From assembly GCF_013315695.1 (NCBI RefSeq), contig NZ_CP054353.1: a stretch of DNA of 64,000 bases. One strand, written 5' to 3'. A program made the position numbers and the translations under genes. Shown one piece after another: positions 23,179 through 40,762 of the stretch. How positions within the stretch are numbered: the stretch's first letter is position 1; the number at the start of each line of letters is the position of its first letter. The notes below the pieces were generated by a model. That model did no database searches and was not told the DNA's origin. It worked only from the letters and a program-made list of their open reading frames with translations. This DNA comes from Escherichia coli (GTDB lineage Bacteria; Pseudomonadota; Gammaproteobacteria; Enterobacterales; Enterobacteriaceae).

Positions 23179-23223
23179 ATTCCCTGACTGTACCCACAAC
23201 GGTGTATGCAAGAGGGATAAAAA

Positions 23224-23886
23224 ATGAAAACAAAATTGATGACATTACAAGACGCCACCGGCTTCTTTCGTGACGGCATGACCATCATGGTGGGCGGATT
23301 TATGGGGATTGGCACTCCATCCCGCCTGGTTGAAGCATTACTGGAATCTGGTGTTCGCGACCTGACATTGATAGCCAATGATACCGCGTTTGTTGATACC
23401 GGCATCGGTCCGCTCATCGTCAATGGTCGAGTCCGCAAAGTGATTGCTTCACATATCGGTACCAACCCGGAAACAGGTCGGCGCATGATTTCTGGTGAGA
23501 TGGACGTCGTTCTGGTGCCGCAAGGTACGCTAATCGAGCAAATTCGCTGTGGCGGAGCTGGACTTGGTGGTTTTCTCACCCCAACTGGTGTCGGCACCGT
23601 CGTAGAGGAAGGCAAACAGACACTGACACTCGACGGTAAAACCTGGCTGCTCGAACGCCCGCTGCGCGCCGACCTGGCGCTCATTCGCGCTCATCGTTGC
23701 GACACACTTGGCAACCTGACCTATCACCTTAGCGCCCGCAACTTTAACCCCCTGATAGCCCTTGCGGCTGATATCACGCTGGTAGAGCCAGATGAACTGG
23801 TCGAAACCGGCGAGCTGCAACCTGACCATATTGTCACCCCTGGTGCCGTTATCGACCACATCATCGTTTCACAGGAGAGCAAATAA
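23224..23886 (+). CDS. atoD: acetate/acetoacetate CoA-transferase alpha subunit
   Basis: 220-aa ORF matching AtoD; operon atoDAEB. Confidence 0.9.
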   Translation: MKTKLMTLQDATGFFRDGMTIMVGGFMGIGTPSRLVEALLESGVRDLTLIANDTAFVDTGIGPLIVNGRVRKVIASHIGTNPETGRRMISGEMDVVLVPQGTLIEQIRCGGAGLGGFLTPTGVGTVVEEGKQTLTLDGKTWLLERPLRADLALIRAHRCDTLGNLTYHLSARNFNPLIALAADITLVEPDELVETGELQPDHIVTPGAVIDHIIVSQESK

Positions 23887-24536
23887 TGGATGCGAAACAA
23901 CGTATTGCGCGCCGTGTGGCGCAAGAGCTTCGTGATGGTGACATCGTTAACTTAGGGATCGGTTTACCCACAATGGTCGCCAATTATTTACCGGAGGGTA
24001 TTCATATCACTCTGCAATCGGAAAACGGCTTCCTCGGTTTAGGCCTGGTCACGACAGCGCATCCAGATCTGGTGAACGCTGGCGGACAACCGTGCGGCAT
24101 TTTACCCGGCGCAGCCATGTTTGATAGCGCCATGTCATTTGCGCTAATCCGTGGCGGTCATATTGATGCCTGCGTGCTCGGCGGTTTGCAAGTAGACGAA
24201 GAAGCAAACCTCGCGAACTGGGTAGTGCCTGGGAAAATGGTGCCCGGTATGGGTGGCGCGATGGATCTGGTGACCGGGTCGCGCAAAGTGATCATCGCCA
24301 TGGAACATTGCGCCAAAGATGGTTCAGCAAAAATTTTGCGCCGCTGCACCATGCCTCTCACTGCGCAACATGCGGTGCATATGCTGGTTACTGAACTGGC
24401 TGTCTTTCGTTTTATTGACGGCAAAATGTGGCTCACCGAAATTGCCGACGGGTGTGATTTAGCCACCGTGCGTGCCAAAACAGAAGCTCGGTTTGAAGTA
24501 GCTGCCGACCTGAATACGCAACGGGGTGATTTATGA
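23886..24536 (+). CDS. atoA: acetate/acetoacetate CoA-transferase beta subunit
   Basis: 216-aa ORF matching AtoA; start overlaps atoD stop. Confidence 0.9.
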   Translation: MDAKQRIARRVAQELRDGDIVNLGIGLPTMVANYLPEGIHITLQSENGFLGLGLVTTAHPDLVNAGGQPCGILPGAAMFDSAMSFALIRGGHIDACVLGGLQVDEEANLANWVVPGKMVPGMGGAMDLVTGSRKVIIAMEHCAKDGSAKILRRCTMPLTAQHAVHMLVTELAVFRFIDGKMWLTEIADGCDLATVRAKTEARFEVAADLNTQRGDL

Positions 24537-25855
24537 TTGGTCGCATATCGCGTTTTATGACGCGTTTTGTCAGCCGGTGGCTTCCCGATCCACTGATCTT
24601 TGCCATGTTGCTGACATTGCTAACATTCGTGATCGCGCTTTGGTTAACACCACAAACGCCGATCAGCATGGTGAAAATGTGGGGTGACGGTTTCTGGAAC
24701 TTGCTGGCGTTTGGTATGCAGATGGCGCTTATCATCGTTACCGGTCATGCCCTTGCCAGCTCTGCTCCGGTAAAAAGTTTGCTGCGTACTGCCGCCTCCG
24801 CCGCAAAGACGCCCGTACAGGGCGTCATGCTGGTTACTTTCTTCGGTTCAGTCGCTTGTGTCATCAACTGGGGATTTGGTTTGGTTGTCGGCGCAATGTT
24901 TGCCCGTGAAGTCGCCCGCCGAGTACCCGGTTCTGATTATCCGTTGCTCATTGCCTGCGCCTACATTGGTTTTCTCACCTGGGGTGGCGGTTTCTCTGGC
25001 TCAATGCCTCTGTTGGCTGCAACACCGGGCAACCCGGTTGAGCATATCGCCGGGCTGATCCCGGTGGGCGATACTCTGTTCAGTGGTTTTAACATTTTCA
25101 TCACTGTGGCGTTGATTGTGGTGATGCCATTTATCACCCGCATGATGATGCCAAAACCGTCTGACGTGGTGAGTATCGATCCGAAACTACTCATGGAAGA
25201 GGCTGATTTCCAAAAGCAGCTACCGAAAGATGCCCCACCATCCGAGCGGCTGGAAGAAAGCCGCATTCTGACGTTGATCATCGGCGCACTCGGTATCGCT
25301 TACCTTGCGATGTACTTCAGCGAACATGGCTTCAACATCACCATCAATACCGTCAACCTGATGTTTATGATTGCGGGTCTGCTGCTACATAAAACGCCAA
25401 TGGCTTATATGCGTGCTATCAGCGCGGCAGCACGCAGTACTGCCGGTATTCTGGTGCAATTCCCCTTCTACGCTGGGATCCAACTGATGATGGAGCATTC
25501 CGGTCTGGGCGGACTCATTACCGAATTCTTCATCAATGTTGCGAACAAAGACACCTTCCCGGTAATGACCTTTTTTAGTTCTGCACTGATTAACTTCGCC
25601 GTTCCGTCTGGCGGCGGTCACTGGGTTATTCAGGGACCTTTCGTGATACCCGCAGCCCAGGCGCTGGGCGCTGATCTCGGTAAATCGGTAATGGCGATCG
25701 CCTACGGCGAGCAATGGATGAACATGGCACAACCGTTCTGGGCGCTGCCAGCACTGGCAATCGCCGGACTCGGTGTCCGCGACATCATGGGCTATTGCAT
25801 CACTGCCCTGCTCTTCTCCGGCGTCATTTTCGTCATTGGTTTAACGCTGTTCTGA
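24533..25855 (+). CDS. atoE: short-chain fatty acid transporter AtoE
   Basis: 440-aa polytopic membrane protein; operon position. Confidence 0.9.
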   Translation: MIGRISRFMTRFVSRWLPDPLIFAMLLTLLTFVIALWLTPQTPISMVKMWGDGFWNLLAFGMQMALIIVTGHALASSAPVKSLLRTAASAAKTPVQGVMLVTFFGSVACVINWGFGLVVGAMFAREVARRVPGSDYPLLIACAYIGFLTWGGGFSGSMPLLAATPGNPVEHIAGLIPVGDTLFSGFNIFITVALIVVMPFITRMMMPKPSDVVSIDPKLLMEEADFQKQLPKDAPPSERLEESRILTLIIGALGIAYLAMYFSEHGFNITINTVNLMFMIAGLLLHKTPMAYMRAISAAARSTAGILVQFPFYAGIQLMMEHSGLGGLITEFFINVANKDTFPVMTFFSSALINFAVPSGGGHWVIQGPFVIPAAQALGADLGKSVMAIAYGEQWMNMAQPFWALPALAIAGLGVRDIMGYCITALLFSGVIFVIGLTLF

Positions 25856-25885
25856 CGGCAACCCTACAGACAGAAGGAATATAAA

Positions 25886-27070
25886 ATGAAAAATTGTGTC
25901 ATCGTCAGTGCGGTACGTACTGCTATCGGTAGTTTTAACGGTTCACTCGCTTCCACCAGCGCCATCGACCTGGGGGCGACAGTAATTAAAGCCGCCATTG
26001 AACGTGCAAAAATCGATTCACTACACATTGATGAAGTGATTATGGGTAACGTGTTGCAAGCCGGGCTGGGGCAAAATCCGGCGCGTCAGGCGCTGCTAAA
26101 AAGCGGACTAGCTGAAACGGTGTGCGGATTCACGATCAACAAAGTGTGCGGTTCAGGTCTGAAAAGCGTGGCGCTTGCTGCACAGGCGATTCAGGCAGGT
26201 CAGGCACAGAGCATTGTGGCGGGGGGTATGGAAAATATGAGTTTAGCACCCTACTTACTCGATGCAAAAGCACGCTCTGGTTATCGTCTTGGAGACGGAC
26301 AGGTTTATGACGTAATCCTGCGCGATGGCCTGATGTGCGCCACCCATGGTTATCATATGGGGATTACCGCCGAAAACGTGGCTAAAGAGTACGGAATTAC
26401 CCGTGAAATGCAGGATGAACTGGCGCTACATTCACAGCGTAAAGCTGCAGCCGCAATTGAGTCCGGTGCTTTTACAGCCGAAATCGTCCCGGTAAATATT
26501 GTCACCCGGAAGAAAACCTTCGTCTTCAGTCAAGACGAATTCCCGAAAGCGAATTCAACGGCTGAAGCGTTAGGTGCATTGCGCCCGGCCTTCGATAAAG
26601 CAGGAACAGTCACCGCCGGGAACGCGTCTGGTATTAACGACGGTGCTGCCGCTCTGGTGATTATGGAAGAATCTGCGGCGCTGGCAGCAGGCCTTACCCC
26701 CCTGGCTCGCATTAAAAGTTATGCCAGCGGTGGCGTGCCCCCCGCATTGATGGGTATGGGGCCAGTACCTGCCACGCAAAAAGCGTTACAACTGGCGGGG
26801 CTGCAACTGGCGGATATTGATCTCATTGAGGCTAATGAAGCATTTGCCGCACAGTTCCTTGCCGTTGGGAAAACCCTGGGCTTTGATTCTGAGAAAGTGA
26901 ATGTCAACGGCGGGGCCATCGCGCTCGGGCATCCTATCGGTGCCAGTGGTGCTCGTATTCTGGTCACACTATTACATGCCATGCAGGCACGCGATAAAAC
27001 GCTGGGGCTGGCAACACTGTGCATTGGTGGTGGCCAGGGAATTGCGATGGTGATTGAACGGTTGAATTAA
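25886..27070 (+). CDS. atoB: acetyl-CoA acetyltransferase (thiolase II)
   Basis: 394-aa ORF with thiolase active-site regions (NKVCGSG..., C-terminal CIGGGQG). Confidence 0.9.
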   Translation: MKNCVIVSAVRTAIGSFNGSLASTSAIDLGATVIKAAIERAKIDSLHIDEVIMGNVLQAGLGQNPARQALLKSGLAETVCGFTINKVCGSGLKSVALAAQAIQAGQAQSIVAGGMENMSLAPYLLDAKARSGYRLGDGQVYDVILRDGLMCATHGYHMGITAENVAKEYGITREMQDELALHSQRKAAAAIESGAFTAEIVPVNIVTRKKTFVFSQDEFPKANSTAEALGALRPAFDKAGTVTAGNASGINDGAAALVIMEESAALAAGLTPLARIKSYASGGVPPALMGMGPVPATQKALQLAGLQLADIDLIEANEAFAAQFLAVGKTLGFDSEKVNVNGGAIALGHPIGASGARILVTLLHAMQARDKTLGLATLCIGGGQGIAMVIERLN

Positions 27071-27082
27071 CCAATAAAAACA

Positions 27083-27110
27083 CCCGATAGCGAAAGTTAT
27101 CGGGCGTTTT
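27083..27110 (+). terminator. rho-independent terminator after atoB (CCCGATA-loop-TATCGGG then T-run)
   Basis: Hairpin plus TTTT read directly 13 nt after atoB stop. Confidence 0.7.
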
Positions 27111-27143
27111 CTTGAACATCGACGGCGAAGGTAACTCCATTAA

Positions 27144-27920
27144 TCACCAGTCAAAACTTTTCACCAGCGTCAGCTCGCCAGCATTACGCATCGGTACAAT
27201 AAATGTTTCCTGTTTCTCATTGACCGATCCTTCATCGGTGATCAGCGTCAGTTGGGCGGTGGTTAATTCCGTTTCGCTGCGTCCGCCATAGTAGTTGATA
27301 TACACCTGATAGCGCCCGTGAACTGGCGCTGGCATGGCGAAAATCTCGGGGCCGTACCCCGTCGTGACATCCATATCCAGTGCGCCACTGTTGTTCAGCA
27401 CGGTGTTACCGTACCAGGCGTGTTCGCCATCGGGCGTAACAACGTGAAGGTCGAGGTCGGTATTGTCCGTATCCCACGAGAGAACCAGCCGTAAACGTGC
27501 ACGAATCGTTCCTGTACCCGGCGTTGAGTAAAACTGCATTTTTTGCCGGCTTTGCCCATCCGGGCTGATGACCTGCACGCTGTTGCTGCCTTCAGTGAAA
27601 ATATAAGGGCGTGCAAATGAACCATCGGATTCAATTCTCTGCGGCATACTGGCACCGTTGACCACCAGCCGGCCCTGCTGAACTTTACCCGCCGCAGCAT
27701 AATTCTTTATTTTGCCGCGGATCTGCGCTGAGATATTTTGATCATCTGCCATGTTGACGGACGACGCCGGGTAATTGATCGATTGTGAAAAACTGGCATC
27801 TTCGCCCTCTGCCGGATGCCAGCCAGAGAGCGGTGCATCAATCTCGACTTCCTGCACACCTTCACTGTGAGCGACAGGCGAAAGCGCCACCAGTAACAAC
27901 GGAAGAAAAATCTTTCGCAT
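27144..27920 (-). CDS. yfaP: YfaP, secreted DUF2135-type protein of the alpha-2-macroglobulin gene cluster
   Basis: 258-aa ORF with signal peptide; synteny with yfaQ-yfaS-yfaT-yfaA. Confidence 0.75.
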   Translation of the reverse strand: MRKIFLPLLLVALSPVAHSEGVQEVEIDAPLSGWHPAEGEDASFSQSINYPASSVNMADDQNISAQIRGKIKNYAAAGKVQQGRLVVNGASMPQRIESDGSFARPYIFTEGSNSVQVISPDGQSRQKMQFYSTPGTGTIRARLRLVLSWDTDNTDLDLHVVTPDGEHAWYGNTVLNNSGALDMDVTTGYGPEIFAMPAPVHGRYQVYINYYGGRSETELTTAQLTLITDEGSVNEKQETFIVPMRNAGELTLVKSFDW

Positions 27921-27924
27921 AGCA

Positions 27925-29574
27925 TTAGTCCATTAATAATTGTCGGGTCAGCGTTTCGATATAGTTCTCATCAAGCCCGGTGGGATAACCATCAAAGGCC
28001 AGGTGCAGATACTCATGGGTTAAATCCAGCCGATCCTGAAGCGTAAAGAAGTTACGAATAAACAGCCGTTTCTGCTGCCGATCGGTATAGGGGAAACCTG
28101 AGACTAAACGACAGACCGCAAACACGTCTGGTTCGTTGTAGCCCGTCTCGCCTTGCAATATACGCCGCCACTGCGGCATTTTTTTCGCCAGCCAGGCTTT
28201 CGCTTTGGGTAATAACTGACAGGTTGAGCGTGGCGCTCCCCAGCGGCTAAGGCTGTTGTCGGGATAAGCAAACGCGAGTATCTGGTCGTAACGCTCTCCC
28301 TGCCCCGCCTGGGCCGTGGCTTGCCGCCAGGAAAGCGTCCCTTCGGTAGCGCGACTGCCGTGATAATGAACCGGATCGCCCGCATAGATAAGATCCTGCG
28401 TCCAGGCGGTCATCGTTCGCGCCCCCGTGGTAGCTGGCGAAGCCGAAACACGCTGTGTGGCGCTGCTGTCAGGGATGGTCAGGCAATCGCCTTCCCGATT
28501 GGCGTTTTGCTGTAAAAAAGTGCGTATCGCCACGGTCATGGCTTTCGCTGCCTCAGGGGGCGTACTTTTCGCCTCGCGATCCAGAACTCTGGCAACATAC
28601 TCTTCACGATCGAGATGCGACTGCAATTTCAGTTTGCCCTTTTCGCTCAGTAAGGTCGTCTCACCGTGGCTGACAAACGTAATGTGGTTACCATTGGCGA
28701 ACGTCACACGATAGCGCCCATTAAGTACGCCGGGTTTTACTGCCGTCGTACTCTTTTCCGCTGCGATTTTCTTCAGCGGATAGCGGGCAAACAGCTCCAC
28801 CTCTACACATTGCCCACTGGCAACCTGCGTCGGCACTGGCAAAACCCGATTAAGCACCGTCGCATAACGGGTCAGTACCGTTTTGCTGGTGCCACTGCCA
28901 GTCACCCACAGCGGTGTACCATCGGTTAACCAGCCAGCAAAACCACCCTGACGGATTTCCTGTTTATCATCGGCAAACCAGCTCCAGGTTTTCACCCGTA
29001 CCCGACTACCGAGCATAGATGCGACACCGATTTTCGCCTCGTCCAGCACCACATCCAGTAAGACTTCCTGAGCTTTGTTTTGCGCGGGTAACGTCGCTAA
29101 TGAATCAAGCAGTGATTTAACCGTTACCGAGGTTTCTGGCTTCAGCGTAGTAAGAGACGCTAACCACGCAGGTGCCTGACGCTGTTGCCAGTATTGCCCC
29201 CACACATCTGCGCCAATATGCAACCGCTGCGGCGCAAAATAGAGCCCACAGGAACGTACCAGCGCGATATCGCGCGTTATGCTCTCCCCTGCCTGACAAC
29301 AATAAACCTCTTCCGGGGAGTTTCCGCGACACTGGTAGGGCTGCTCCGGTTGATGGGTATCCTCCAGCCAGGCGTAAACATACAGTTTCCATAAACTCCC
29401 TAACGGCGTGGTGAGCGTGTCAGGTAATGCTGAGACTTTGGTCACGCCTGATGACGACAGCTGATACAGTTGATCGTGCTGCGCGCCCCGCAGCGCCAGT
29501 TGTAACGGCGTCTCCTCCGCAAGCGTTGGCAGAGTAACCAACGCTAATAGCCAGACGATTCTGCGCCAGTTCAC
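27925..29574 (-). CDS. yfaQ: YfaQ, secreted DUF2300-type protein
   Basis: 549-aa ORF with signal peptide; synteny. Confidence 0.75.
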   Translation of the reverse strand: MNWRRIVWLLALVTLPTLAEETPLQLALRGAQHDQLYQLSSSGVTKVSALPDTLTTPLGSLWKLYVYAWLEDTHQPEQPYQCRGNSPEEVYCCQAGESITRDIALVRSCGLYFAPQRLHIGADVWGQYWQQRQAPAWLASLTTLKPETSVTVKSLLDSLATLPAQNKAQEVLLDVVLDEAKIGVASMLGSRVRVKTWSWFADDKQEIRQGGFAGWLTDGTPLWVTGSGTSKTVLTRYATVLNRVLPVPTQVASGQCVEVELFARYPLKKIAAEKSTTAVKPGVLNGRYRVTFANGNHITFVSHGETTLLSEKGKLKLQSHLDREEYVARVLDREAKSTPPEAAKAMTVAIRTFLQQNANREGDCLTIPDSSATQRVSASPATTGARTMTAWTQDLIYAGDPVHYHGSRATEGTLSWRQATAQAGQGERYDQILAFAYPDNSLSRWGAPRSTCQLLPKAKAWLAKKMPQWRRILQGETGYNEPDVFAVCRLVSGFPYTDRQQKRLFIRNFFTLQDRLDLTHEYLHLAFDGYPTGLDENYIETLTRQLLMD

Positions 29575-36463
<6,889 letters not shown>

Positions 36464-36569
36464 AGCAAAACTTTACCGCGCCCTAATACGACAAAAGCCC
36501 AGACTTTGCAGCCTGGACTTTTCAATTCAAACAAGGGAGATATCTCCCTTTTGGCATGAAGACGTAAAA

Positions 36570-39197
36570 TTATTCTTCTTCTGGCTCGTCGTCAACGTCC
36601 ACTTCCGGAGCGATTTCATCGTCTCCTTCCGCGGCACTGCCATCGATGGTGTCCAGATCTTCCTCGTCAACCGGTTCAGCAACACGTTGCAGACCCACTA
36701 CGTTTTCATCTTCCGCAGTACGGATGAGGATCACGCCCTGGGTGTTACGGCCCACGATGCTGATTTCTGAAACGCGAGTACGTACCAGCGTACCGGCATC
36801 GGTGATCATCATGATCTGGTCGCAGTCATCTACCTGCACCGCGCCAACCACTAAACCGTTACGTTCGGTAACCTTGATGGAGATAACCCCTTTCGTCGCA
36901 CGCGACTTGGTTGGGTATTCCGCCACTGCGGTACGTTTACCATAACCGTTCTGCGTTGCGGTGAGGATTGCGCCATCACCACGAGGTACGATCAGAGAGA
37001 CGACTTTATCGCCTTCGCCTAAACGAATACCGCGAACACCGGTGGTGTTGCAGCCCATCGCACGGACAAAAGACTCTTTAAAGCGCACCACTTTACCTTC
37101 AGCGGAGAACAGCATTACTTCATCTTCGCCACTGGTCAGGTCAACGCCGATCAGCTCATCGCCTTCAACCAGTTTGATCGCCACTTTACCGGCGGTACGC
37201 AGACGGTTGAATTCGGTGAGGACAGTTTTCTTCACGGTACCGTTAGCGGTCGCCATGAAGACTTTCACGCCTTCTTCAAACTCGGTCACCGGCAGGATCG
37301 CAGTGATACGTTCGTCCTGCTCCAGCGGCAGCAGGTTGACGATCGGACGACCACGCGCGCCACGAGTAGCTTCTGGCAACTGGTAAACCTTCATCGAATA
37401 GACGCGACCACGGCTGGAGAAGCACAGAATATGGTCGTGCGTGTTCGCCACCAGCAGTCGGTCGATAAAGTCTTCTTCTTTAATACGTGCGGCAGATTTA
37501 CCTTTCCCGCCACGACGCTGCGCTTCATATTCCGAAAGCGGCTGATATTTAACGTAGCCCTGGTGAGAGAGCGTCACGACCACATCTTCCTGGGTGATCA
37601 GATCTTCCAGGTTGATGTCTGCGCTGTTGGCGGTGATTTCAGTACGACGTTTGTCACCGAACTGTTCACGAACCAGCTCCAGCTCTTCGCGGATCACTTC
37701 CATCAGACGATCGGCGCTACCAAGAATACGCAACAGCTCCGCGATCTGATCCAGCAGCTCTTTGTATTCGTCGAGCAGTTTTTCGTGCTCAAGGCCGGTC
37801 AGTTTCTGCAAACGCAGATCCAGAATCGCCTGAGCTTGCTGTTCGGTCAGGTAGTACAGACCATCGCGCACGCCGAACTCTGGCTCCAGCCATTCCGGAC
37901 GCGCAGCATCGTCGCCCGCACGTTCCAGCATCGCGGCAACGTTGCCCAGCTGCCACGGATTAGCAACCAGCGCGGTTTTCGCTTCTGCAGGCGTCGGCGC
38001 ATGACGGATCAGTTCGATGATCGGGTCAATGTTCGCCAGCGCCACGGCTAATGCTTCAAGGATATGAGCACGATCGCGAGCTTTACGCAGTTCGAAAATG
38101 GTACGACGGGTCACCACTTCACGGCGGTGACGAACAAACGCCGCGATGATGTCTTTCAGGTTCATGATCTTCGGCTGACCATGGTGCAATGCCACCATGT
38201 TAATACCGAAAGAAACCTGCAACTGGGTCTGGGAGTAGAGGTTGTTAAGCACAACTTCACCGACCGCATCGCGTTTCACTTCAATCACGATGCGCATACC
38301 GTCTTTGTCAGACTCATCACGCAACGCGCTGATGCCTTCCACGCGTTTTTCTTTTACCAGTTCCGCAATTTTTTCGATCAGGCGAGCTTTGTTCACCTGA
38401 TACGGAATTTCGTGGACGATAATGGTTTCACGCCCGGTTTTGGCGTCAACTTCCACTTCCGCACGGGCGCGGATATACACCTTGCCACGACCGGTACGGT
38501 AAGCTTCTTCAATACCGCGACGACCGTTAATGATTGCCGCCGTCGGGAAGTCCGGCCCCGGGATGTGTTCCATCAGCCCTTCAATGCTGATGTCTTCATC
38601 ATCGATATACGCCAGACAACCGTTGATGACTTCCGTCAGGTTGTGCGGCGGGATGTTGGTTGCCATACCTACGGCGATACCGGAAGAACCGTTCACCAGC
38701 AGGTTAGGAATTTTGGTTGGCATGACGTCCGGAATTTTTTCCGTGCCGTCATAGTTATCAACGAAATCGACCGTCTCTTTTTCGAGATCGGCCATCAGTT
38801 CATGGGCAATTTTCGCCAGACGGATTTCCGTATAACGCATTGCCGCCGCAGAGTCGCCGTCGATGGAACCGAAGTTACCCTGACCGTCTACCAGCATGTA
38901 ACGCAGCGAGAATGGCTGCGCCATACGGACGATCGTGTCATAAACCGCCGAGTCACCATGGGGATGGTATTTACCGATTACGTCACCAACGACACGGGCA
39001 GATTTTTTATAGGCTTTGTTCCAGTCATTGCCTAGTACGTTCATGGCGTAAAGTACGCGACGGTGTACCGGCTTCAGGCCATCTCGGACATCCGGCAGCG
39101 CACGGCCAACAATGACCGACATCGCATAATCCAGATAGGAGCTCTTCAGCTCTTCCTCAATGTTGACCGGTGTAATTTCTCTCGCAAGGTCGCTCAT
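36570..39197 (-). CDS. gyrA: DNA gyrase subunit A
   Basis: 875-aa ORF; active-site Tyr region and QRDR ([11 protein letters not shown]) present; acidic C-terminal tail. Confidence 0.95.
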   Translation of the reverse strand: MSDLAREITPVNIEEELKSSYLDYAMSVIVGRALPDVRDGLKPVHRRVLYAMNVLGNDWNKAYKKSARVVGDVIGKYHPHGDSAVYDTIVRMAQPFSLRYMLVDGQGNFGSIDGDSAAAMRYTEIRLAKIAHELMADLEKETVDFVDNYDGTEKIPDVMPTKIPNLLVNGSSGIAVGMATNIPPHNLTEVINGCLAYIDDEDISIEGLMEHIPGPDFPTAAIINGRRGIEEAYRTGRGKVYIRARAEVEVDAKTGRETIIVHEIPYQVNKARLIEKIAELVKEKRVEGISALRDESDKDGMRIVIEVKRDAVGEVVLNNLYSQTQLQVSFGINMVALHHGQPKIMNLKDIIAAFVRHRREVVTRRTIFELRKARDRAHILEALAVALANIDPIIELIRHAPTPAEAKTALVANPWQLGNVAAMLERAGDDAARPEWLEPEFGVRDGLYYLTEQQAQAILDLRLQKLTGLEHEKLLDEYKELLDQIAELLRILGSADRLMEVIREELELVREQFGDKRRTEITANSADINLEDLITQEDVVVTLSHQGYVKYQPLSEYEAQRRGGKGKSAARIKEEDFIDRLLVANTHDHILCFSSRGRVYSMKVYQLPEATRGARGRPIVNLLPLEQDERITAILPVTEFEEGVKVFMATANGTVKKTVLTEFNRLRTAGKVAIKLVEGDELIGVDLTSGEDEVMLFSAEGKVVRFKESFVRAMGCNTTGVRGIRLGEGDKVVSLIVPRGDGAILTATQNGYGKRTAVAEYPTKSRATKGVISIKVTERNGLVVGAVQVDDCDQIMMITDAGTLVRTRVSEISIVGRNTQGVILIRTAEDENVVGLQRVAEPVDEEDLDTIDGSAAEGDDEIAPEVDVDDEPEEE

Positions 39198-39407
39198 CTA
39201 ACCGCTATCCCTCTACTGTATCCCGGATTCAAAGGTCGGAGATTATAACACAATCGCTTGCGGACGGGTAAACGTAATGCAGGCTTCCGGGCGCTGTAGA
39301 TCTACTGCGTTTTACCCCACCGCCAGCACACATCGCGCTGGCGGTGAACGACAAAGGAACAAAGACCGCAACACGCTTCCTGTGCCTCAATAAACACCAG
39401 AAATAAT

Positions 39408-39527
39408 GGCTATACTCGTCATACTTCAAGTTGCATGTGCTGCGTCTGCGTTCGCTCACCCCAGTCACTTACTTATGTAAGCTCCTTGGGATTCACTCGC
39501 TTGTCGCCTTCCTGCAACTCGAATTAT
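39408..39527. repeat. ERIC/IRU enterobacterial repetitive intergenic consensus element
   Basis: Contains CGCTCACCCCAGTCACTTACTTATGTAAGCTCCTTGGGATTCAC, matching both ERIC primer-site halves as I recall them, plus the flanking imperfect palindrome. Confidence 0.7.
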
Positions 39528-39547
39528 TTAGAGTATATAAATCGCCG

Positions 39548-40750
39548 TTATTTGATCACATAGGCAAGATATTGTTGTACGATTTCATCGTTTAATTCCT
39601 GACCAAGCCCAGGCAACTCTGGCGCGACATAATAGCCATTCTCGGGTTGATAATCGTAAGTACAAAGTTCCCGAATACATGCTTTCATCGCATTGGTATG
39701 ATGTTCATGAATAATAAAGTTAGGTATTGCAGTTTCCATATGCAGCGCCGCTACTGTTGAAACAGGCCCGCCACAAACATGTACCTGAACGGTTGTGTCA
39801 TATATATTGGCATAATCACAAATTTTCTTTCCCTCTGTAATGCCACCACAAAGACACAAATCAGGTTGAGCTACCGCAATTGATTGTTTTTCCAGTAAAT
39901 CACGATATCCCCAGCGAGTATAAGAACGCTCACCTGTTGCTATCGGAATCGATGTTGAACGGGCAACTTTCTGCATATTATCCGAATTTAATGGATGAAT
40001 TGGCTCCTCATAGAGAAAAATACGATATTTCTCTATTGCTTTGGCAAACTGGATCGCTGAATTTGTTCCTAGAAGAGAATGAATCTCTACAATAATATCA
40101 GCATCGTCGCCCATTGCTTCACGCATAGCGGCAATTCTTGCCTCGCCCATTTTTAATTGTTCGGCCAGTAATAAGCCAGAGTAATTTCTATTTTTGTTCT
40201 GAAAGACACAATCGCCGCCATGCAGATCGATTTCAAGCGGATCAACTTTTATCGCATTATAACCTTCTGCAATAGCGGCACGCGCTGCCTCTGCATACTC
40301 TTCAGGCGTTACTAATATTTGCCTTTTTTCGCCCCAACCAAATTGTAACTGACTGGCGTAAGTTCTCAATTTATCGTTAGTCTTTCCCCCCAGTAGTTGA
40401 TAAACCGGCACGTTTAAATATTTACCTTTAATATCCCATAAGGCAATATCAATAGCGCTCATACCTGCGTAAAAAACATTACCACCGCCCATTCCCCAAA
40501 ATGTTTTCCTGAAGAGGAATTCCCAAATCTTCTCAATGTTCAACGGATCTTCACCAATGATGAGAGGGGCTAAATCTCTGATAATACCAACACCAGATTT
40601 TGCACCTGCACCATAGGCTAATCCTACTTCGCCAACACCACTTATTCCAGCATCGGTATTAACCCGAATAAGTACTGGATTATAAGAGGCCATAGTTTGA
40701 TCTCTTTTTTTGAGTTCGCAGTCAAAAATTTCTACAGATGTAATCTTCAT
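39548..40750 (-). CDS. enolase-superfamily sugar-acid dehydratase (mandelate racemase/muconate lactonizing enzyme fold; DgoD/ManD-like)
   Basis: ORF 39548..40762; start placed at ATG 40750 (MKITSVEIF...) which has a GAGG Shine-Dalgarno 7 nt upstream; N-terminal capping domain and metal-binding barrel motifs typical of the family. Confidence 0.8.
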   Translation of the reverse strand: MKITSVEIFDCELKKRDQTMASYNPVLIRVNTDAGISGVGEVGLAYGAGAKSGVGIIRDLAPLIIGEDPLNIEKIWEFLFRKTFWGMGGGNVFYAGMSAIDIALWDIKGKYLNVPVYQLLGGKTNDKLRTYASQLQFGWGEKRQILVTPEEYAEAARAAIAEGYNAIKVDPLEIDLHGGDCVFQNKNRNYSGLLLAEQLKMGEARIAAMREAMGDDADIIVEIHSLLGTNSAIQFAKAIEKYRIFLYEEPIHPLNSDNMQKVARSTSIPIATGERSYTRWGYRDLLEKQSIAVAQPDLCLCGGITEGKKICDYANIYDTTVQVHVCGGPVSTVAALHMETAIPNFIIHEHHTNAMKACIRELCTYDYQPENGYYVAPELPGLGQELNDEIVQQYLAYVIK

Positions 40751-40762
40751 AAATAACCTCAT

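Noticed and set aside
38064-39035. 323-aa ORF antisense to gyrA (and 206-aa and 141-aa neighbours at 36961..38051)
   Set aside because: Shadow ORFs inside the gyrA coding region; gyrA itself is the well-supported gene
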